This document shows, piece by piece, positions 29,467 through 40,611 of a DNA stretch of 55,023 bases. A program made the translations under genes and the position numbers. This DNA comes from an uncultured Chlorobiales bacterium. Lineage in GTDB: Bacteria > Bacteroidota > Chlorobiia > Chlorobiales > Thermochlorobacteraceae. The stretch lies in NCBI GenBank assembly GCA_938003965.1, contig CALKXI010000008.1, forward strand, positions 1-55,023, in the 5' to 3' direction. The stretch's first letter is position 1; every line of letters starts with the position of its first letter. The notes under the pieces were generated by a model, which was given only the letters and a program-made list of their open reading frames with translations, searched no databases and was not told the DNA's origin.

Positions 29467-29497
29467 TTTGAAAATCAACTCGAAACCTCTACCTTTG
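29467..29497 (+). promoter_or_regulatory. Putative promoter of the str operon (-33 TTTG / -7 TACCTTTG)
   Basis: TTTG 29467-70, 19-nt gap, TACCTTTG 29490-97. Confidence 0.7.
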
Positions 29498-29742
29498 CAG
29501 TCCTTTTTGGAAGGCAAAGCCGCCAAAACACACTGCACATTGCGCTAAACCCGCATAAACAAAGATGGAAGAGAATTGGAACTCGTGCATGTCGCCAAAG
29601 GCAAACATTGAGAAATGCGCAGGAATGCCGAAGTTCAATCGCGCAGAGTGATGTGCTAATGGTAAAGACTTCCAAAAGTCCAAAAGAAGTTAGCAAGCAG
29701 AAGTTTTAGAGATTCATTTCGCATCGCATCATCAAACAAGCA

Positions 29743-30156
29743 ATGCCAACGATACAACAATTAGTTCGCAAAGGAAGAAGTTCAAAAGCATTCAAAACCG
29801 CTTCACCAGCACTTGAAAGTTGTCCGCAAAAACGAGGTGTTTGTACGCGTGTTTATACGACAACTCCGAAGAAACCGAATTCGGCTCTTCGCAAAGTGGC
29901 AAAGGTTCGTCTTTCAAACCAAGAAGAAGTAATCGCCTACATTCCAGGAGAAGGGCACAACCTTCAAGAGCACTCGATTGTGCTGGTTCGCGGCGGTCGT
30001 GTCAAAGACCTTCCTGGCGTGCGCTATCACATTGTGCGCGGCTCGCTCGATACAGCAGGCGTTGCAAACCGCAGTCGCTCTCGCTCCAAATATGGCGCCA
30101 AAAAAGCACAACCTGCAGCAGGCAAAGGTGCGCCCGCAGCAAAAGCTAAAAAGTAA
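29743..30156 (+). CDS. rpsL: 30S ribosomal protein S12
   Basis: [28 protein letters not shown]. Confidence 0.99.
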   Translation: MPTIQQLVRKGRSSKAFKTASPALESCPQKRGVCTRVYTTTPKKPNSALRKVAKVRLSNQEEVIAYIPGEGHNLQEHSIVLVRGGRVKDLPGVRYHIVRGSLDTAGVANRSRSRSKYGAKKAQPAAGKGAPAAKAKK

Positions 30157-30174
30157 TCTGAATGAATCAAGACC

Positions 30175-30648
30175 ATGCGCAAGAAATCATCAAACAGAAA
30201 CAGAAGAGTTTTTCTCGGTGACCCAAAGTATCAAGACCCTGTAGTAGAGCGTGCAATCAATACCATTATGGAGCGTGGCAAGAAAAACATCGCTCGCTCC
30301 ATCGTCTACAGAGCGTTCGAGATTATGGAAAAGAAAAATCAAGAAAATCCGCTTGAGATATTCCGCAAAGCCGTCGCAAACGTTGCGCCAGTTGTGGAAG
30401 TTCGTGGTAAGCGTATCGGCGGGGCAACCTACCAAATTCCAATTGAAGTGCGCGCCGAACGTCGTCTTGCACTTGCAATGCGCTGGATTAAGGAAAATGC
30501 CTTAAAGCGTGGCGGACGCTCAATGGCTGATAAATTTGCCGCTGAACTCTTGGACGCTGCTAACAATCAAGGAAACTCGGTGCGCAAAAAAGAAGAAGTC
30601 CATAAAATGGCAGAAGCTAACAAAGCCTTTTCGCACTTCCGATTCTAA
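30175..30648 (+). CDS. rpsG: 30S ribosomal protein S7
   Basis: RIGGATYQIP, MAEANKAFSHFRF. Confidence 0.99.
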   Translation: MRKKSSNRNRRVFLGDPKYQDPVVERAINTIMERGKKNIARSIVYRAFEIMEKKNQENPLEIFRKAVANVAPVVEVRGKRIGGATYQIPIEVRAERRLALAMRWIKENALKRGGRSMADKFAAELLDAANNQGNSVRKKEEVHKMAEANKAFSHFRF

Positions 30649-30683
30649 TAAGTCATAACGAAAACTGAACCTGATAAACGACA

Positions 30684-32804
30684 ATGCCCAGACAGATTGC
30701 GTTAGAAAGAGTACGAAACATTGGAATTTCCGCACACATTGACGCGGGAAAAACCACGACGACCGAGCGTATTCTCTACTACACCGGTCGCGTTCACCGA
30801 TTAGGTGAAGTCCATGACGGTGCCGCTACAATGGACTGGATGGAACAAGAAAAAGAACGTGGAATTACAATTACTTCCGCTGCGACAACCTGTTTTTGGA
30901 CAGCAAAGTATGGCAACTTCAAAGACAAAAAACACCGAATCAATATCATCGATACGCCCGGACATGTGGACTTTACCGTTGAAGTTGAGCGCTCCCTGCG
31001 TGTGCTCGATGGCGCGGTTGCCTTGTTTGATTCGGTAGCGGGGGTTCAGCCACAATCGGAAACGGTTTGGCGACAGATGAACAAGTATAAAGTGCCTCGC
31101 ATTGCATACGTCAACAAGATGGATAAAGTCGGCGCGAATTTTCTGAATGTGGTCAAAATGATTCAAGACCGCTTGAAATCGCGTGCTGTTCCGATTCAAT
31201 TGCCCATCGGCGAAGGCGATACATTCAAAGGTTTTGTTGATTTGATTCGTATGAAGGGAATCGTCTATGATGCTGAAGACGGCACCGCCTACCACGAAAT
31301 TGATGTGCCTGCCGACATGACAGAGAGCGTTAAACAGTGGCGCGCAAACTTGATTGAATCAGTGTCAGAAGTTAATGACGCGCTGCTCGAAAAATACCTC
31401 AGCGGCGAAGAACCAACCGAAGAAGAAGTCCGCGCTGCGCTCCGAGAAGCATCCTTGAAGTTGATGCTTGTCCCAATGCTTTGTGGGTCTTCGTTTAAGA
31501 ACAAAGGCGTGCAATTCATGCTGGATGCCGTCGTGGATTATCTACCATCACCACTTGACCTTGGGGAAGTTAAGGGCACAGACCCAAAGACAGGCAAAGA
31601 AGTGGTGCGCAAAGTGTCCGATGATGAACCTTTCACTGGACTGGCATTCAAAATTGTTACCGACCCATTTGTGGGACGCTTAACATATGTGCGCATCTAC
31701 TCAGGGAAAGTGAGTTCAGGAAGTTATGTCATTAACGCAACAAATGGCAAAAAAGAGCGCGTCGGTCGAGTGCTTCAAATGCACGCTAACCATAGAGAAG
31801 ATTTGGAAGAAGGATTGGCAGGAGAAATTGTGGGTATCGTCGGTCTGAAAGATACCCGTACAGGCGATACGCTTTGCGAAGAAGGAAAATTGATTGTGCT
31901 TGAAAAGATCACCTTCCCAGAGCCTGTCATTCAAATTGCGATTGAGCCGAAAACAAAGGCGGACTCTGAAAAAATGAGTATCGCGCTCCAAAAACTTGCA
32001 GAAGAAGACCCGACCTTCCGCGTGAAAACCGACGAAGAAACCAATCAAACGATTATTTCAGGCATGGGCGAATTGCACCTTGAAATTATTGTGGATAGAA
32101 TGAAACGCGAGTTCAAGGTCGAGGCGAACATCGGCAAGCCGCAAGTGGCTTACAAAGAAACCATTCGCAAGCGTGTAGAAGCCGAAGGAAAGTTCGTGCG
32201 TCAATCCGGTGGCAAAGGTCAGTTCGGATTGGTAAACATCTATGTAGAGCCATCGGAAAAAGGGAAAGGATTTGAGTTTGTCAATGAAATTAAAGGCGGC
32301 GCGATTCCGAAGGAATATATCCCTGCAGTTCAAGAAGGGATTGAAGAAGCAATGAAAAACGGCGTGCTTGCAGGTTATCCTATGCAAGACATCAAGGTGA
32401 CTTTGTTTGATGGAAAGTATCACGAAGTAGACTCATCCGAAATGGCGTTCAAGATTGCAGGTTCGATTGGCTTCAAAGAAGGGGCGCGCCGTGCAGACCC
32501 TGTGCTTCTCGAGCCGATTATGTCCGTCGAAGTTACAACGCCAGAAGAATACATGGGAGCAGTGATGGGCGATCTTTCCAGTCGTCGCGGACGAATTGAA
32601 GGCATGGAAGCGCGACACGGCGAACAAGTGATTACTGCCAAAGTGCCGCTGGCTAACATGTTTGGCTACTCGACCGATTTGCGCTCAATGTCGCAAGGGC
32701 GTGCAAACTACACGATGGAGTTCTTCGCGTATGAAGAAGCACCAAAAGCAGTCGCCGATGAAATTATCGAGAAGAGCGGCGCAAAAGCAACGGCTGAAGC
32801 CTAG
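30684..32804 (+). CDS. fusA: Elongation factor G
   Basis: [30 protein letters not shown]. Confidence 0.99.
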   Translation: MPRQIALERVRNIGISAHIDAGKTTTTERILYYTGRVHRLGEVHDGAATMDWMEQEKERGITITSAATTCFWTAKYGNFKDKKHRINIIDTPGHVDFTVEVERSLRVLDGAVALFDSVAGVQPQSETVWRQMNKYKVPRIAYVNKMDKVGANFLNVVKMIQDRLKSRAVPIQLPIGEGDTFKGFVDLIRMKGIVYDAEDGTAYHEIDVPADMTESVKQWRANLIESVSEVNDALLEKYLSGEEPTEEEVRAALREASLKLMLVPMLCGSSFKNKGVQFMLDAVVDYLPSPLDLGEVKGTDPKTGKEVVRKVSDDEPFTGLAFKIVTDPFVGRLTYVRIYSGKVSSGSYVINATNGKKERVGRVLQMHANHREDLEEGLAGEIVGIVGLKDTRTGDTLCEEGKLIVLEKITFPEPVIQIAIEPKTKADSEKMSIALQKLAEEDPTFRVKTDEETNQTIISGMGELHLEIIVDRMKREFKVEANIGKPQVAYKETIRKRVEAEGKFVRQSGGKGQFGLVNIYVEPSEKGKGFEFVNEIKGGAIPKEYIPAVQEGIEEAMKNGVLAGYPMQDIKVTLFDGKYHEVDSSEMAFKIAGSIGFKEGARRADPVLLEPIMSVEVTTPEEYMGAVMGDLSSRRGRIEGMEARHGEQVITAKVPLANMFGYSTDLRSMSQGRANYTMEFFAYEEAPKAVADEIIEKSGAKATAEA

Positions 32805-32870
32805 TGCTAAAAAGGAAATTCGAGTTTAACCATACAACACTGTAACTGCTAACTTTGGAGGAATCCAACA

Positions 32871-34052
32871 ATGGCTAAAGAGAATTTTAAGAGAGACAAA
32901 CCGCACGTGAACATCGGCACGATTGGACATGTCGACCACGGCAAAACTACGCTCACAGCGGCAATCACAAAGACACTGTCTGAACGCGGCCTGGCGCAAG
33001 CCTTAGCGTACGAACAAATTGACAAAGCGCCCGAAGAAAAAGCGCGGGGCATTACAATTTCAACTTCTCACGTTGAATACGAAACAGAGAAGCGCCACTA
33101 TGCGCACATCGACTGCCCCGGACATGCCGACTATATCAAAAACATGATTACCGGCGCCGCTCAAATGGACGGTGCAATTCTCGTGGTTGCTGCAACTGAC
33201 GGACCGATGCCACAGACACGCGAACACATCTTGCTGGCTCGTCAAGTCAATGTGCCGTCAATTGTCGTGTTCTTGAACAAAATTGATATTGCTGACCCAG
33301 AACTTGTGGAACTGGTCGAAATGGAACTGCGCGAATTGCTCACCAGCTACAAGTTCCCCGGCGATGAAATCCCGATTGTGCGCGGTTCTGCGCTTGGAGC
33401 GCTCAACGGAGAAAAGCAATGGGTGGACTCCGTTATCAAGTTGATGGAAGAAGTCGACCGCTACATTCCGACACCTGTGCGCGACATTGACAAGCCATTC
33501 TTAATGCCGGTTGAAGATGTCTTCACAATTCAAGGTCGTGGAACAGTTGCCACAGGACGCATTGAGCGCGGAAAAATCAAATTGAACGAAGAGGTCGAAA
33601 TTGTTGGCTTTGGTCCGACCAAGAAATCGGTCGTAACTGGTATCGAGATGTTCCGCAAAAACCTCGAGGAAGGTCAGGCAGGTGATAATGCAGGGCTTCT
33701 TCTCCGCGGCATTGAAAAGAATCAAGTTGAACGTGGCATGGTGATTGCAAAGCCTGGCACTACTACGCCTCACACAAAGTTCAAGGCGCAAATCTACGTG
33801 TTGAAGAAAGAAGAAGGCGGACGCCACACGCCGTTCTTCTCAGGGTATCGCCCGCAGTTCTATTTCAGAACAACCGATGTTACAGGCGTTATCATACTTC
33901 CGTCTGGCATCGATATGGTAATGCCTGGCGACAATGTAACGGTGGAAGTAGAATTGATTACGCCTGTTGCAATGGACAAAGGTTTGAACTTCGCAATTCG
34001 TGAAGGTGGAAAAACCATCGGCGCAGGCGCAGTATCCGAAATCATCGCATAA
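32871..34052 (+). CDS. tuf: Elongation factor Tu
   Basis: [23 protein letters not shown]; GGAGG upstream. Confidence 0.99.
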   Translation: MAKENFKRDKPHVNIGTIGHVDHGKTTLTAAITKTLSERGLAQALAYEQIDKAPEEKARGITISTSHVEYETEKRHYAHIDCPGHADYIKNMITGAAQMDGAILVVAATDGPMPQTREHILLARQVNVPSIVVFLNKIDIADPELVELVEMELRELLTSYKFPGDEIPIVRGSALGALNGEKQWVDSVIKLMEEVDRYIPTPVRDIDKPFLMPVEDVFTIQGRGTVATGRIERGKIKLNEEVEIVGFGPTKKSVVTGIEMFRKNLEEGQAGDNAGLLLRGIEKNQVERGMVIAKPGTTTPHTKFKAQIYVLKKEEGGRHTPFFSGYRPQFYFRTTDVTGVIILPSGIDMVMPGDNVTVEVELITPVAMDKGLNFAIREGGKTIGAGAVSEIIA

Positions 34053-34069
34053 AAAATGAAAAAGCGTGA

Positions 34070-34101
34070 GGGGTGTCTGTTTCGGCAGACGCTCCTTTTT
34101 T
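34070..34101 (+). terminator. Intrinsic terminator/attenuator between tuf and rpsJ
   Basis: GGGGTGTCTGT-TTCG-GCAGACGCTCC followed by T6. Confidence 0.8.
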
Positions 34102-34125
34102 ATCCAAATTTAGATAAGGAAAGAC

Positions 34126-34437
34126 GTGGCAGCGCAACAAAAAATCCGCATCAAACTTAAATCATATGACCACAGTTTGGTCGACAAGTGGGCGGAAAAA
34201 ATTATCGATGTCGTCAAGCAAACAGATGTAATCATTTCAGGTCCAATTCCGCTTCCAACGGAAACTCAAATATACACTGTCAACCGTTCCCCTCACGTTG
34301 ACAAGAAATCACGCGAACAGTTTATGATTGCATCGCACAAACGTCTGATTGAAATCATCAACCCAAACAGCAAAACTATCGATTTGCTGATGAAAATCGA
34401 GTTGCCCAGCGGCGTTGATGTCGAAATCAAAAGCTAA
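34126..34437 (+). CDS. rpsJ: 30S ribosomal protein S10
   Basis: [29 protein letters not shown]; GTG start. Confidence 0.99.
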   Translation: MAAQQKIRIKLKSYDHSLVDKWAEKIIDVVKQTDVIISGPIPLPTETQIYTVNRSPHVDKKSREQFMIASHKRLIEIINPNSKTIDLLMKIELPSGVDVEIKS

Positions 34438-34501
34438 ATCACTTAAATAACAGATTCATTAACCGTCGTTTCAAAACGATGGGTTACAAAATCGAACACA
34501 C

Positions 34502-35134
34502 ATGGGTGCAATTTTGGGAAAAAAAATCGGAATGACCAGTATCTATGACGCCAAAGGCAAGGTTGTTCCGTGCACAGTGATAGAAGCAGGACCATGTTTC
34601 ATTTCACAGGTCAAAACAGTCGACAAAGAAGGCTACGATGCTTATCAGTTTGCCTTCGATGAAAAACGTGAAGACCGCACGCCGAAGCCACAGATTGGAC
34701 ACTTCAAAAAAGCAAATGTGAAACCTGCATATAAGGTTGTCGAGTTTCGAAAGGAGGTGGTTGGATTAGAGTTGAACGCAGGCGACATGGTCAAGGCAGA
34801 CGTGTTCAAAGAAGGCGAAAAAGTGGATGTTGTAGGTATTTCAAAAGGCAAGGGGTTTGCAGGTGTTGTGAAGCGGCATCATTTTGGTGGTGGTTCAAGG
34901 ACGCACGGGCAATCCGACCGCGAGCGCGCACCTGGCTCAATGGGGGGCTCGTCGTATCCATCGCGCTCCTTCAAAGGGCTTAGAATGGGCGGCAGAATGG
35001 GCGGCAAGCGCGTTACCGTTCGCAACCTGACGGTGGTGAAAGTGATTGCGGGCTCAAACTTGATAGTTGTGCGCGGCGCGGTTCCAGGACCGAAGAACGC
35101 ATATCTTCAAATCACTACAGCAAAGAAACCCTAA
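34502..35134 (+). CDS. rplC: 50S ribosomal protein L3
   Basis: [25 protein letters not shown]. Confidence 0.99.
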   Translation: MGAILGKKIGMTSIYDAKGKVVPCTVIEAGPCFISQVKTVDKEGYDAYQFAFDEKREDRTPKPQIGHFKKANVKPAYKVVEFRKEVVGLELNAGDMVKADVFKEGEKVDVVGISKGKGFAGVVKRHHFGGGSRTHGQSDRERAPGSMGGSSYPSRSFKGLRMGGRMGGKRVTVRNLTVVKVIAGSNLIVVRGAVPGPKNAYLQITTAKKP

Positions 35135-35168
35135 TCATCAGCCGTAACGATTAAACGCATCAACAAGG

Positions 35169-35795
35169 ATGGAACTCAAAGTTTTGAAAAAAGATGGAAC
35201 AGATAGCGGCGAAATGATTACGCTCAATCCCGAAATTTTCGAGATTCAACCGAGCGACCACGCAATTTATCTTGATGTCCGCTCAATTCGCGCCAACCAA
35301 CATCAAGGCACGCACAAGGTAAAGTCGCGCGCTGAAGTTCGTGGTGGCGGCCGAAAGCCATACCGTCAAAAAGGCACAGGTAATGCGCGTCGTGGAACGC
35401 AGCGCTCGCCTCTAATGCCGGGCGGTGGCGCGGTTTTCGGACCTCAACCACATGACTATGTCGTTGGCATTAACAAAAAACTTAAAACGCTGGCGCGCAA
35501 GTCGGCACTGACCTACAAGGCGAGGGCAAATGCAATTCTCGTAGTTGAGGATTTCACATTCGAAACCATCAAGACCAAAGAGATGGCAAGCACGCTCAAA
35601 AATCTCGGCATCGCAGGAAAGAAAACCCTGTTCCTTACAGCAGGCAAAAACGAAGTGCTTTACAAATCAGGACGCAACATTCCAACGCTGAATATCTTGG
35701 AAGCTAATAAAGCATCAACCTACGATATTCTCGATAATAAAGTGCTGTTGCTCCAAAAGAGTGCCGTTAAAGCCCTTGAAGAAAATCTTTTGTAA
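35169..35795 (+). CDS. rplD: 50S ribosomal protein L4
   Basis: RAEVRGGGRKPYRQKGTGNAR. Confidence 0.99.
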   Translation: MELKVLKKDGTDSGEMITLNPEIFEIQPSDHAIYLDVRSIRANQHQGTHKVKSRAEVRGGGRKPYRQKGTGNARRGTQRSPLMPGGGAVFGPQPHDYVVGINKKLKTLARKSALTYKARANAILVVEDFTFETIKTKEMASTLKNLGIAGKKTLFLTAGKNEVLYKSGRNIPTLNILEANKASTYDILDNKVLLLQKSAVKALEENLL

Positions 35796-35821
35796 CGCAA
35801 ACAAGATGAACAACTTGTTAT

Positions 35822-36136
35822 ATGAACAACGTGTTGATAAGACCGCTTCTCACTGAAAAAATCTTGAAGCTGCAAGAAGAAAAAAATCAATATGCGTTTG
35901 AAGTCCAAGACAGTGCAACGAAAGAAGAAGTGAAGAAAGCTGTAGAGTCAAAGTTCGGCGTGCAGGTGATTTCAGTGCGCACCATGAACAAGAAAGGTAA
36001 AGCAAAAACACAAATGACACGCAGAGGCATTCGCTATGGCAAGCGTTCCGACACGAAGCGCGCTTTTGTTACACTTGCTAAAGGCGACAAAATTGACTAC
36101 TACGCCAGCACAACGACGTCTGAAAAGAAAGATTAA
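35822..36136 (+). CDS. rplW: 50S ribosomal protein L23
   Basis: PLLTEK, KRAFVTL; synteny. Confidence 0.97.
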   Translation: MNNVLIRPLLTEKILKLQEEKNQYAFEVQDSATKEEVKKAVESKFGVQVISVRTMNKKGKAKTQMTRRGIRYGKRSDTKRAFVTLAKGDKIDYYASTTTSEKKD

Positions 36137-36173
36137 AGGCGCAATAGACCACGAAGTTTAATCACGACAAACC

Positions 36174-37019
36174 ATGGCGGTTAGAAAATTAAAACCCATA
36201 ACACCAGGAACGCGATTTGCATCGTATCCTTCATTTGAAGAAATCACCAAAAAAGAGCCTGAAAGAAGTTTGATTGTGCCGCTTAAAAAGACAGGTGGGC
36301 GCAATAATCTCGGGCGAATCACCGCGCGCGGCAGAGGCGGCGGCGCAAAGCGCTTTTATCGCTTGATTGACTTCAAGCGTGACAAAGAAATGAATGCCGT
36401 CGTTGAAGCGATTGAATATGACCCTAATCGCTCAGCGCGCATCGCATTGCTTAAATACGACGATGGCGAAAAGCGATACATTCTCGCCCCAGATGGCATA
36501 AAGGTCGGTGATAAAATTGAAGCTGGCGATGGAGCCGATATTAAAACAGGCAACGCGCTACAATTAAAGTTTATCCCGGTCGGCACACCAATCCATAACA
36601 TCGAGTTGAAAGCAGGCAAAGGCGGACAATTAGCACGCAGCGCAGGCGCGTTTGCAACGCTAGCCGCAAAAGAAGGGAATTATGCAACGCTGAAAATGCC
36701 GTCGGGCGAAATCCGAAAAGTGAGAATCGAGTGCAAAGCCACAATTGGTGTCGTCGGAAATTTGGAGCATGAAAATGTCTCGCTCGGAAAAGCGGGACGC
36801 TCACGATGGCTCGGCATTCGCCCCATCACGCGCGGCGTAGCACGCAACCCTGTCGACCACCCAATGGGCGGCGGTGCTGGAAAGTCTAAATCTGGCGGCG
36901 GACGCCAACATCCAGAATCGCCTTGGGGACAAAAAGCCAAAGGCTTGAAGACAAGACGCGCAAAGAAAGCATCTTCAAAACTCATCGTCAGAGACCGCAG
37001 AGCTAAGAAACAAGACTAA
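36174..37019 (+). CDS. rplB: 50S ribosomal protein L2
   Basis: [26 protein letters not shown]. Confidence 0.99.
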   Translation: MAVRKLKPITPGTRFASYPSFEEITKKEPERSLIVPLKKTGGRNNLGRITARGRGGGAKRFYRLIDFKRDKEMNAVVEAIEYDPNRSARIALLKYDDGEKRYILAPDGIKVGDKIEAGDGADIKTGNALQLKFIPVGTPIHNIELKAGKGGQLARSAGAFATLAAKEGNYATLKMPSGEIRKVRIECKATIGVVGNLEHENVSLGKAGRSRWLGIRPITRGVARNPVDHPMGGGAGKSKSGGGRQHPESPWGQKAKGLKTRRAKKASSKLIVRDRRAKKQD

Positions 37020-37040
37020 ACAACAAAGAAAACTTCAGCA

Positions 37041-37334
37041 ATGCCACGCTCACTTAAAAAAGGTCCGTTTGTTCAAGACCGACTGCTCGACAAAATCAAA
37101 GAGATGAATGAAAAAGGACAGAAAAAAGTCCTCAAAACATGGTCGCGCGCTTCAATGATTACGCCTGAGTTTGTCGGACACACGATTGCCGTGCACAATG
37201 GCAAAACCCATATTCCCATCTATGTCTCGGAAAATATGGTCGGGCACAAGCTCGGAGAATTTGCGCCGACGCGAACCTTCAGAGGACATTCAGGAGCGAA
37301 AGAAAAGGGGGCATCAGCACCCGGCAAAAAGTAA
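37041..37334 (+). CDS. rpsS: 30S ribosomal protein S19
   Basis: [19 protein letters not shown]. Confidence 0.99.
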   Translation: MPRSLKKGPFVQDRLLDKIKEMNEKGQKKVLKTWSRASMITPEFVGHTIAVHNGKTHIPIYVSENMVGHKLGEFAPTRTFRGHSGAKEKGASAPGKK

Positions 37335-37349
37335 CGGAGGAAAAACGAT

Positions 37350-37763
37350 ATGAGCGTCAGAAAAAGAGAAGTCGCAACTGCTAGAAAAGAAAAACGTGCC
37401 AAAGAAACCAAAGCACAGGCTGTTCAGCGCAATACGCCGACTTCGCCGCGAAAAATGCGACTGGTCGTAGACCTCGTGCGAGGCAAAAGCGTCAATGAAG
37501 CTCAAGCCATCCTACGAAACTCGACAAAGCATGCTGCAAAAACCGTTCTACGCACACTGAAATCGGCTATTTCAAATTATCTTCAAAAGCATAGCGATAG
37601 ACAAGTGAACGAAGAACGCTTGTTCATCACTGAAGCCTTCGTCAATGGCGGCGTAACGCTCAAACGTATACTTCCAGCGCCAATGGGAAGAGCCTACCGA
37701 ATACGAAAACGCTCCAACCACCTAACCATTGTGGTGGATGAAAAACGAACCAAATCTGTATAA
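37350..37763 (+). CDS. rplV: 50S ribosomal protein L22
   Basis: [27 protein letters not shown]. Confidence 0.98.
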   Translation: MSVRKREVATARKEKRAKETKAQAVQRNTPTSPRKMRLVVDLVRGKSVNEAQAILRNSTKHAAKTVLRTLKSAISNYLQKHSDRQVNEERLFITEAFVNGGVTLKRILPAPMGRAYRIRKRSNHLTIVVDEKRTKSV

Positions 37764-37775
37764 TCTTAAAACGCA

Positions 37776-38621
37776 ATGGGACAGAAAGTAAATCCAAACG
37801 GGTTCAGACTCGGTATCATTAAAGATTGGGATTCGCGTTGGTATGACGCGGGGGCAAACATCGCCGAAAAAATTAAAGAAGACCGCCTCATCCGCGAGTA
37901 TGTAACAACACGCTTGAAGCGCCAAAAAGCAGGTGTCTCGAAGGTGGTCATCGAACGCACAACAAAGAATATCAGACTTTATGTCTACGCAGCGCGCCCT
38001 GGTGCAGTCGTCGGAAAAAGCGGCGAAGAAATCAACACCCTTAGTCAAGAACTCGGCAGGCTCACGAAAAAAGAAGTAAAAATCGATGTGATTGAAATCA
38101 AAAAACCTGAACTTGACGCACAACTGGTCGCAGATAACATTGCCGCTCAGCTCGAAGGTCGCGTATCGTTCCGCCGTGCAATGAAACAAGCCATGCAGCA
38201 AGCAAACCGTGCAGGCGCAGAAGGAATTCGCATTCAAGTCTCTGGACGCTTAGGCGGCGCAGAAATCGCTCGCATGGAGCAGTATCGTGAAGGAAAAGTG
38301 CCCTTGCACACGCTGCGTGCCAACATTGATTATGCGCAATCTACCGCCTTTACAATCACAGGCACAGTTGGCGTTAAAGTTTGGATATACAAAGGTGAAG
38401 TGTTAGAACAACGCATTGATGCCATTGAAGAAGAAGAACGTCAAAAAGTGAAAGACCGCAGAGAAAAACAACGCAGTCGTGCCGGACGTGGCGACAGCCG
38501 CAGAGAAGCGCGCGGAGAGAACCGCAGACGACGACGCAAGTCAAGTGCAAAGTCGCAACCAAGCAGTGAAAACCCATCGTCTGCCCAAGAATCTGCTGAA
38601 CAAGCAAACAACATGGGCTAA
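37776..38621 (+). CDS. rpsC: 30S ribosomal protein S3
   Basis: [33 protein letters not shown]; long basic C-tail. Confidence 0.99.
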   Translation: MGQKVNPNGFRLGIIKDWDSRWYDAGANIAEKIKEDRLIREYVTTRLKRQKAGVSKVVIERTTKNIRLYVYAARPGAVVGKSGEEINTLSQELGRLTKKEVKIDVIEIKKPELDAQLVADNIAAQLEGRVSFRRAMKQAMQQANRAGAEGIRIQVSGRLGGAEIARMEQYREGKVPLHTLRANIDYAQSTAFTITGTVGVKVWIYKGEVLEQRIDAIEEEERQKVKDRREKQRSRAGRGDSRREARGENRRRRRKSSAKSQPSSENPSSAQESAEQANNMG

Positions 38622-38664
38622 ACCTTTCTTAAAGGAAATTCATAACGCATAGGAGACTTCAACG

Positions 38665-39099
38665 ATGCTGATGCCAAAACGCGTAAAATATCGCAAAACG
38701 CAACGCGGCAGAATGAAAGGCAATGAAACCAGAGGAACGAACATAGACTTCGGCTCTTTCGGACTCAAAGCACTCGAGCAAGCCTGGATTACGAGCCGTC
38801 AAATCGAAGCGGCGCGTGTCGCTATGAACCGCTTTATGAAACGCGACGGAAAAGTCTGGATTCGTATTTTCCCCGACAAGCCCGTAACCAAGAAACCGGC
38901 TGAGACGCGTATGGGAAGCGGAAAAGGCTCGCCCGAATTTTGGGTCGCCGTCGTCAAACCCGGACGCATCATGTTCGAAGTAGACGGAGTCTCAAAAGCG
39001 ACTGCCGAAGAAGCGTTCCGACTTGCTGCTGCAAAACTGCCTATCAAAACAAAGTTTGTGATACGTCCAGACTACGAAGCAGCAGAGGTCAAAAAGTAA
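38665..39099 (+). CDS. rplP: 50S ribosomal protein L16
   Basis: [18 protein letters not shown]. Confidence 0.99.
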   Translation: MLMPKRVKYRKTQRGRMKGNETRGTNIDFGSFGLKALEQAWITSRQIEAARVAMNRFMKRDGKVWIRIFPDKPVTKKPAETRMGSGKGSPEFWVAVVKPGRIMFEVDGVSKATAEEAFRLAAAKLPIKTKFVIRPDYEAAEVKK

Positions 39100-39127
39100 A
39101 TCTAAATCGGAGGAGGAAACGAACGAA

Positions 39128-39346
39128 ATGAAGAAATATGAAATCGCCGCACTGTCGGCAGAAGAAATGAAAAGACAAATTAGGGAACTGAAACAACGCA
39201 TCGCCGACATAAAGTTTAACATGGCATTCGAAGCACCGCAAAACCCAATGATTATCCGCAACATGCGTAGAGATATTGCCCGCATGAAAACCATATTGAA
39301 TCAACAAAAGGCAAAAGCAGCAAAATCTCAACCTGAAAAGAATTAA
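39128..39346 (+). CDS. rpmC: 50S ribosomal protein L29
   Basis: IRNMRRDIARMKT; synteny. Confidence 0.95.
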   Translation: MKKYEIAALSAEEMKRQIRELKQRIADIKFNMAFEAPQNPMIIRNMRRDIARMKTILNQQKAKAAKSQPEKN

Positions 39347-39359
39347 AACAGCCTGAACA

Positions 39360-39647
39360 ATGTCAGAAACCCAAACTGCAACACCCGAAACCACGACCAA
39401 AAAAATTGTGCGTGAAAAAGTGGGAAAAGTGGTAAGCAATAAAATGCAAAAAAGCATTGTCGTCGCAATTGAACGACGCGAGCAGCATCCCATCTACAAG
39501 AAGTTCATGAAAAAGACAACGAAAATTATGGCACACGACGAGAAAAATGAAGCAGGCATTGGCGACACGGTGCGCATCTGCGAATTCAGACCGATAAGCA
39601 AACGCAAGAGCTGGAAGCTCGTTGAAATTGTCGAGAAAGCCAAGTAA
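39360..39647 (+). CDS. rpsQ: 30S ribosomal protein S17
   Basis: [24 protein letters not shown]. Confidence 0.98.
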   Translation: MSETQTATPETTTKKIVREKVGKVVSNKMQKSIVVAIERREQHPIYKKFMKKTTKIMAHDEKNEAGIGDTVRICEFRPISKRKSWKLVEIVEKAK

Positions 39648-39701
39648 TACAATAAGCAAAAGTCGCTTGTAAAAAGCGGCTGTAAAAAACGATAACGCGC
39701 T

Positions 39702-40070
39702 ATGATTCAGAACGAAACAAATTTAGTGGTGGCAGATAACAGCGGCGCAAAAAAAGTTCGCGTCATTCACGTGCCAGGTGGAACACACCGCCGCTATGCT
39801 AGCATTGGCGATGTCGTAGTGGTCTCGGTAAAATCCGCAATTCCTGGTGGAACAGTCAAAAAGAAAGACGTCTCGCGAGCCGTTGTCGTGCGCACGAAAA
39901 AAGAATTTCGGCGTAAAGATGGTTCCTACATTCGTTTCGATGAAAACGCCGTCGTGCTCATAAACGCACAAGGCGAACCAAGAGGCACACGCATTTTCGG
40001 ACCGATTGCCAGAGAGTTGCGCGATAAGCAATACATGAAAATCATCTCTCTTGCACCAGAAGTGCTTTGA
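39702..40070 (+). CDS. rplN: 50S ribosomal protein L14
   Basis: [22 protein letters not shown]. Confidence 0.99.
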   Translation: MIQNETNLVVADNSGAKKVRVIHVPGGTHRRYASIGDVVVVSVKSAIPGGTVKKKDVSRAVVVRTKKEFRRKDGSYIRFDENAVVLINAQGEPRGTRIFGPIARELRDKQYMKIISLAPEVL

Positions 40071-40090
40071 TAAAAAACACAAGGAGATGT

Positions 40091-40121
40091 ATTGGAAAAT
40101 CCAACTCCTTTCGTATTTTTG
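40091..40121 (+). promoter_or_regulatory. Putative internal promoter upstream of tRNA-Gly/rplX
   Basis: ATTG 40091-94, 19-nt gap, TATTTTTG 40114-21 (TAnnTTTG). Confidence 0.6.
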
Positions 40122-40149
40122 CAACCTGTCTTAATAAACAGGTATCTAA

Positions 40150-40222
40150 GCGGAAGTAACTCAGCTGGTAGAGTCACAGCCTTCCAAGCTGTTGGTCGCG
40201 GGTTCGAGTCCCGTCTTCCGCT
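40150..40222 (+). tRNA. tRNA-Gly (anticodon TCC)
   Basis: Acceptor GCGGAAG/CTTCCGC plus discriminator T; D arm ACTC/GAGT; anticodon arm ACAGC-CTTCCAA-GCTGT; T arm GCGGG-TTCGAGT-CCCGT; no encoded CCA. Confidence 0.96.
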
Positions 40223-40311
40223 CAAAAAAGACAAGCGTCAATCTTCACTCTGAGCGCGATGTGGGATTGACGCAAAATTTTTCTCAAAAGCGAAACAGAA
40301 ACGATACAAAC

Positions 40312-40554
40312 ATGAAGTTGGGAAAAAAGCCTGTAAAGATGCATGTGAAGAAGAACGATACCGTTCAAGTTTTAGCCGGAAACGACAAAGGTAAGACAGG
40401 CAAAATCCTGCGCGTTTTCCCCGACCGAAATCGCGTAATTGTCGAAGGCGTGAATCTTCGCAAGCGTCACACACGCCTTAATAGAAATCAACCACAAGGC
40501 GCAATTGTCGAGCGCGAAATGCCAATTCACGCATCGAACGTCAAGAAGATTTGA
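40312..40554 (+). CDS. rplX: 50S ribosomal protein L24 (short, 80 aa)
   Basis: [23 protein letters not shown] motif, [16 protein letters not shown]; track start at 40192 lies inside the tRNA and is rejected. Confidence 0.95.
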   Translation: MKLGKKPVKMHVKKNDTVQVLAGNDKGKTGKILRVFPDRNRVIVEGVNLRKRHTRLNRNQPQGAIVEREMPIHASNVKKI

Positions 40555-40611
40555 AACACATAACCTACTGGGAAACGACAAAGACCGTTTCCATTAAATT
40601 CAACGAAGCCA

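Noticed and set aside
40087-40134. 15-aa ORF MYWKIQLLSYFCNLS after AAGGAG
   Set aside because: SD-like sequence abuts the ATG with no spacer, is paired in a hairpin, and the ORF overlaps the promoter motif
40192-40311. N-terminally extended uL24 from the ORF track
   Set aside because: Start falls inside tRNA-Gly; homology begins near ATG 40312
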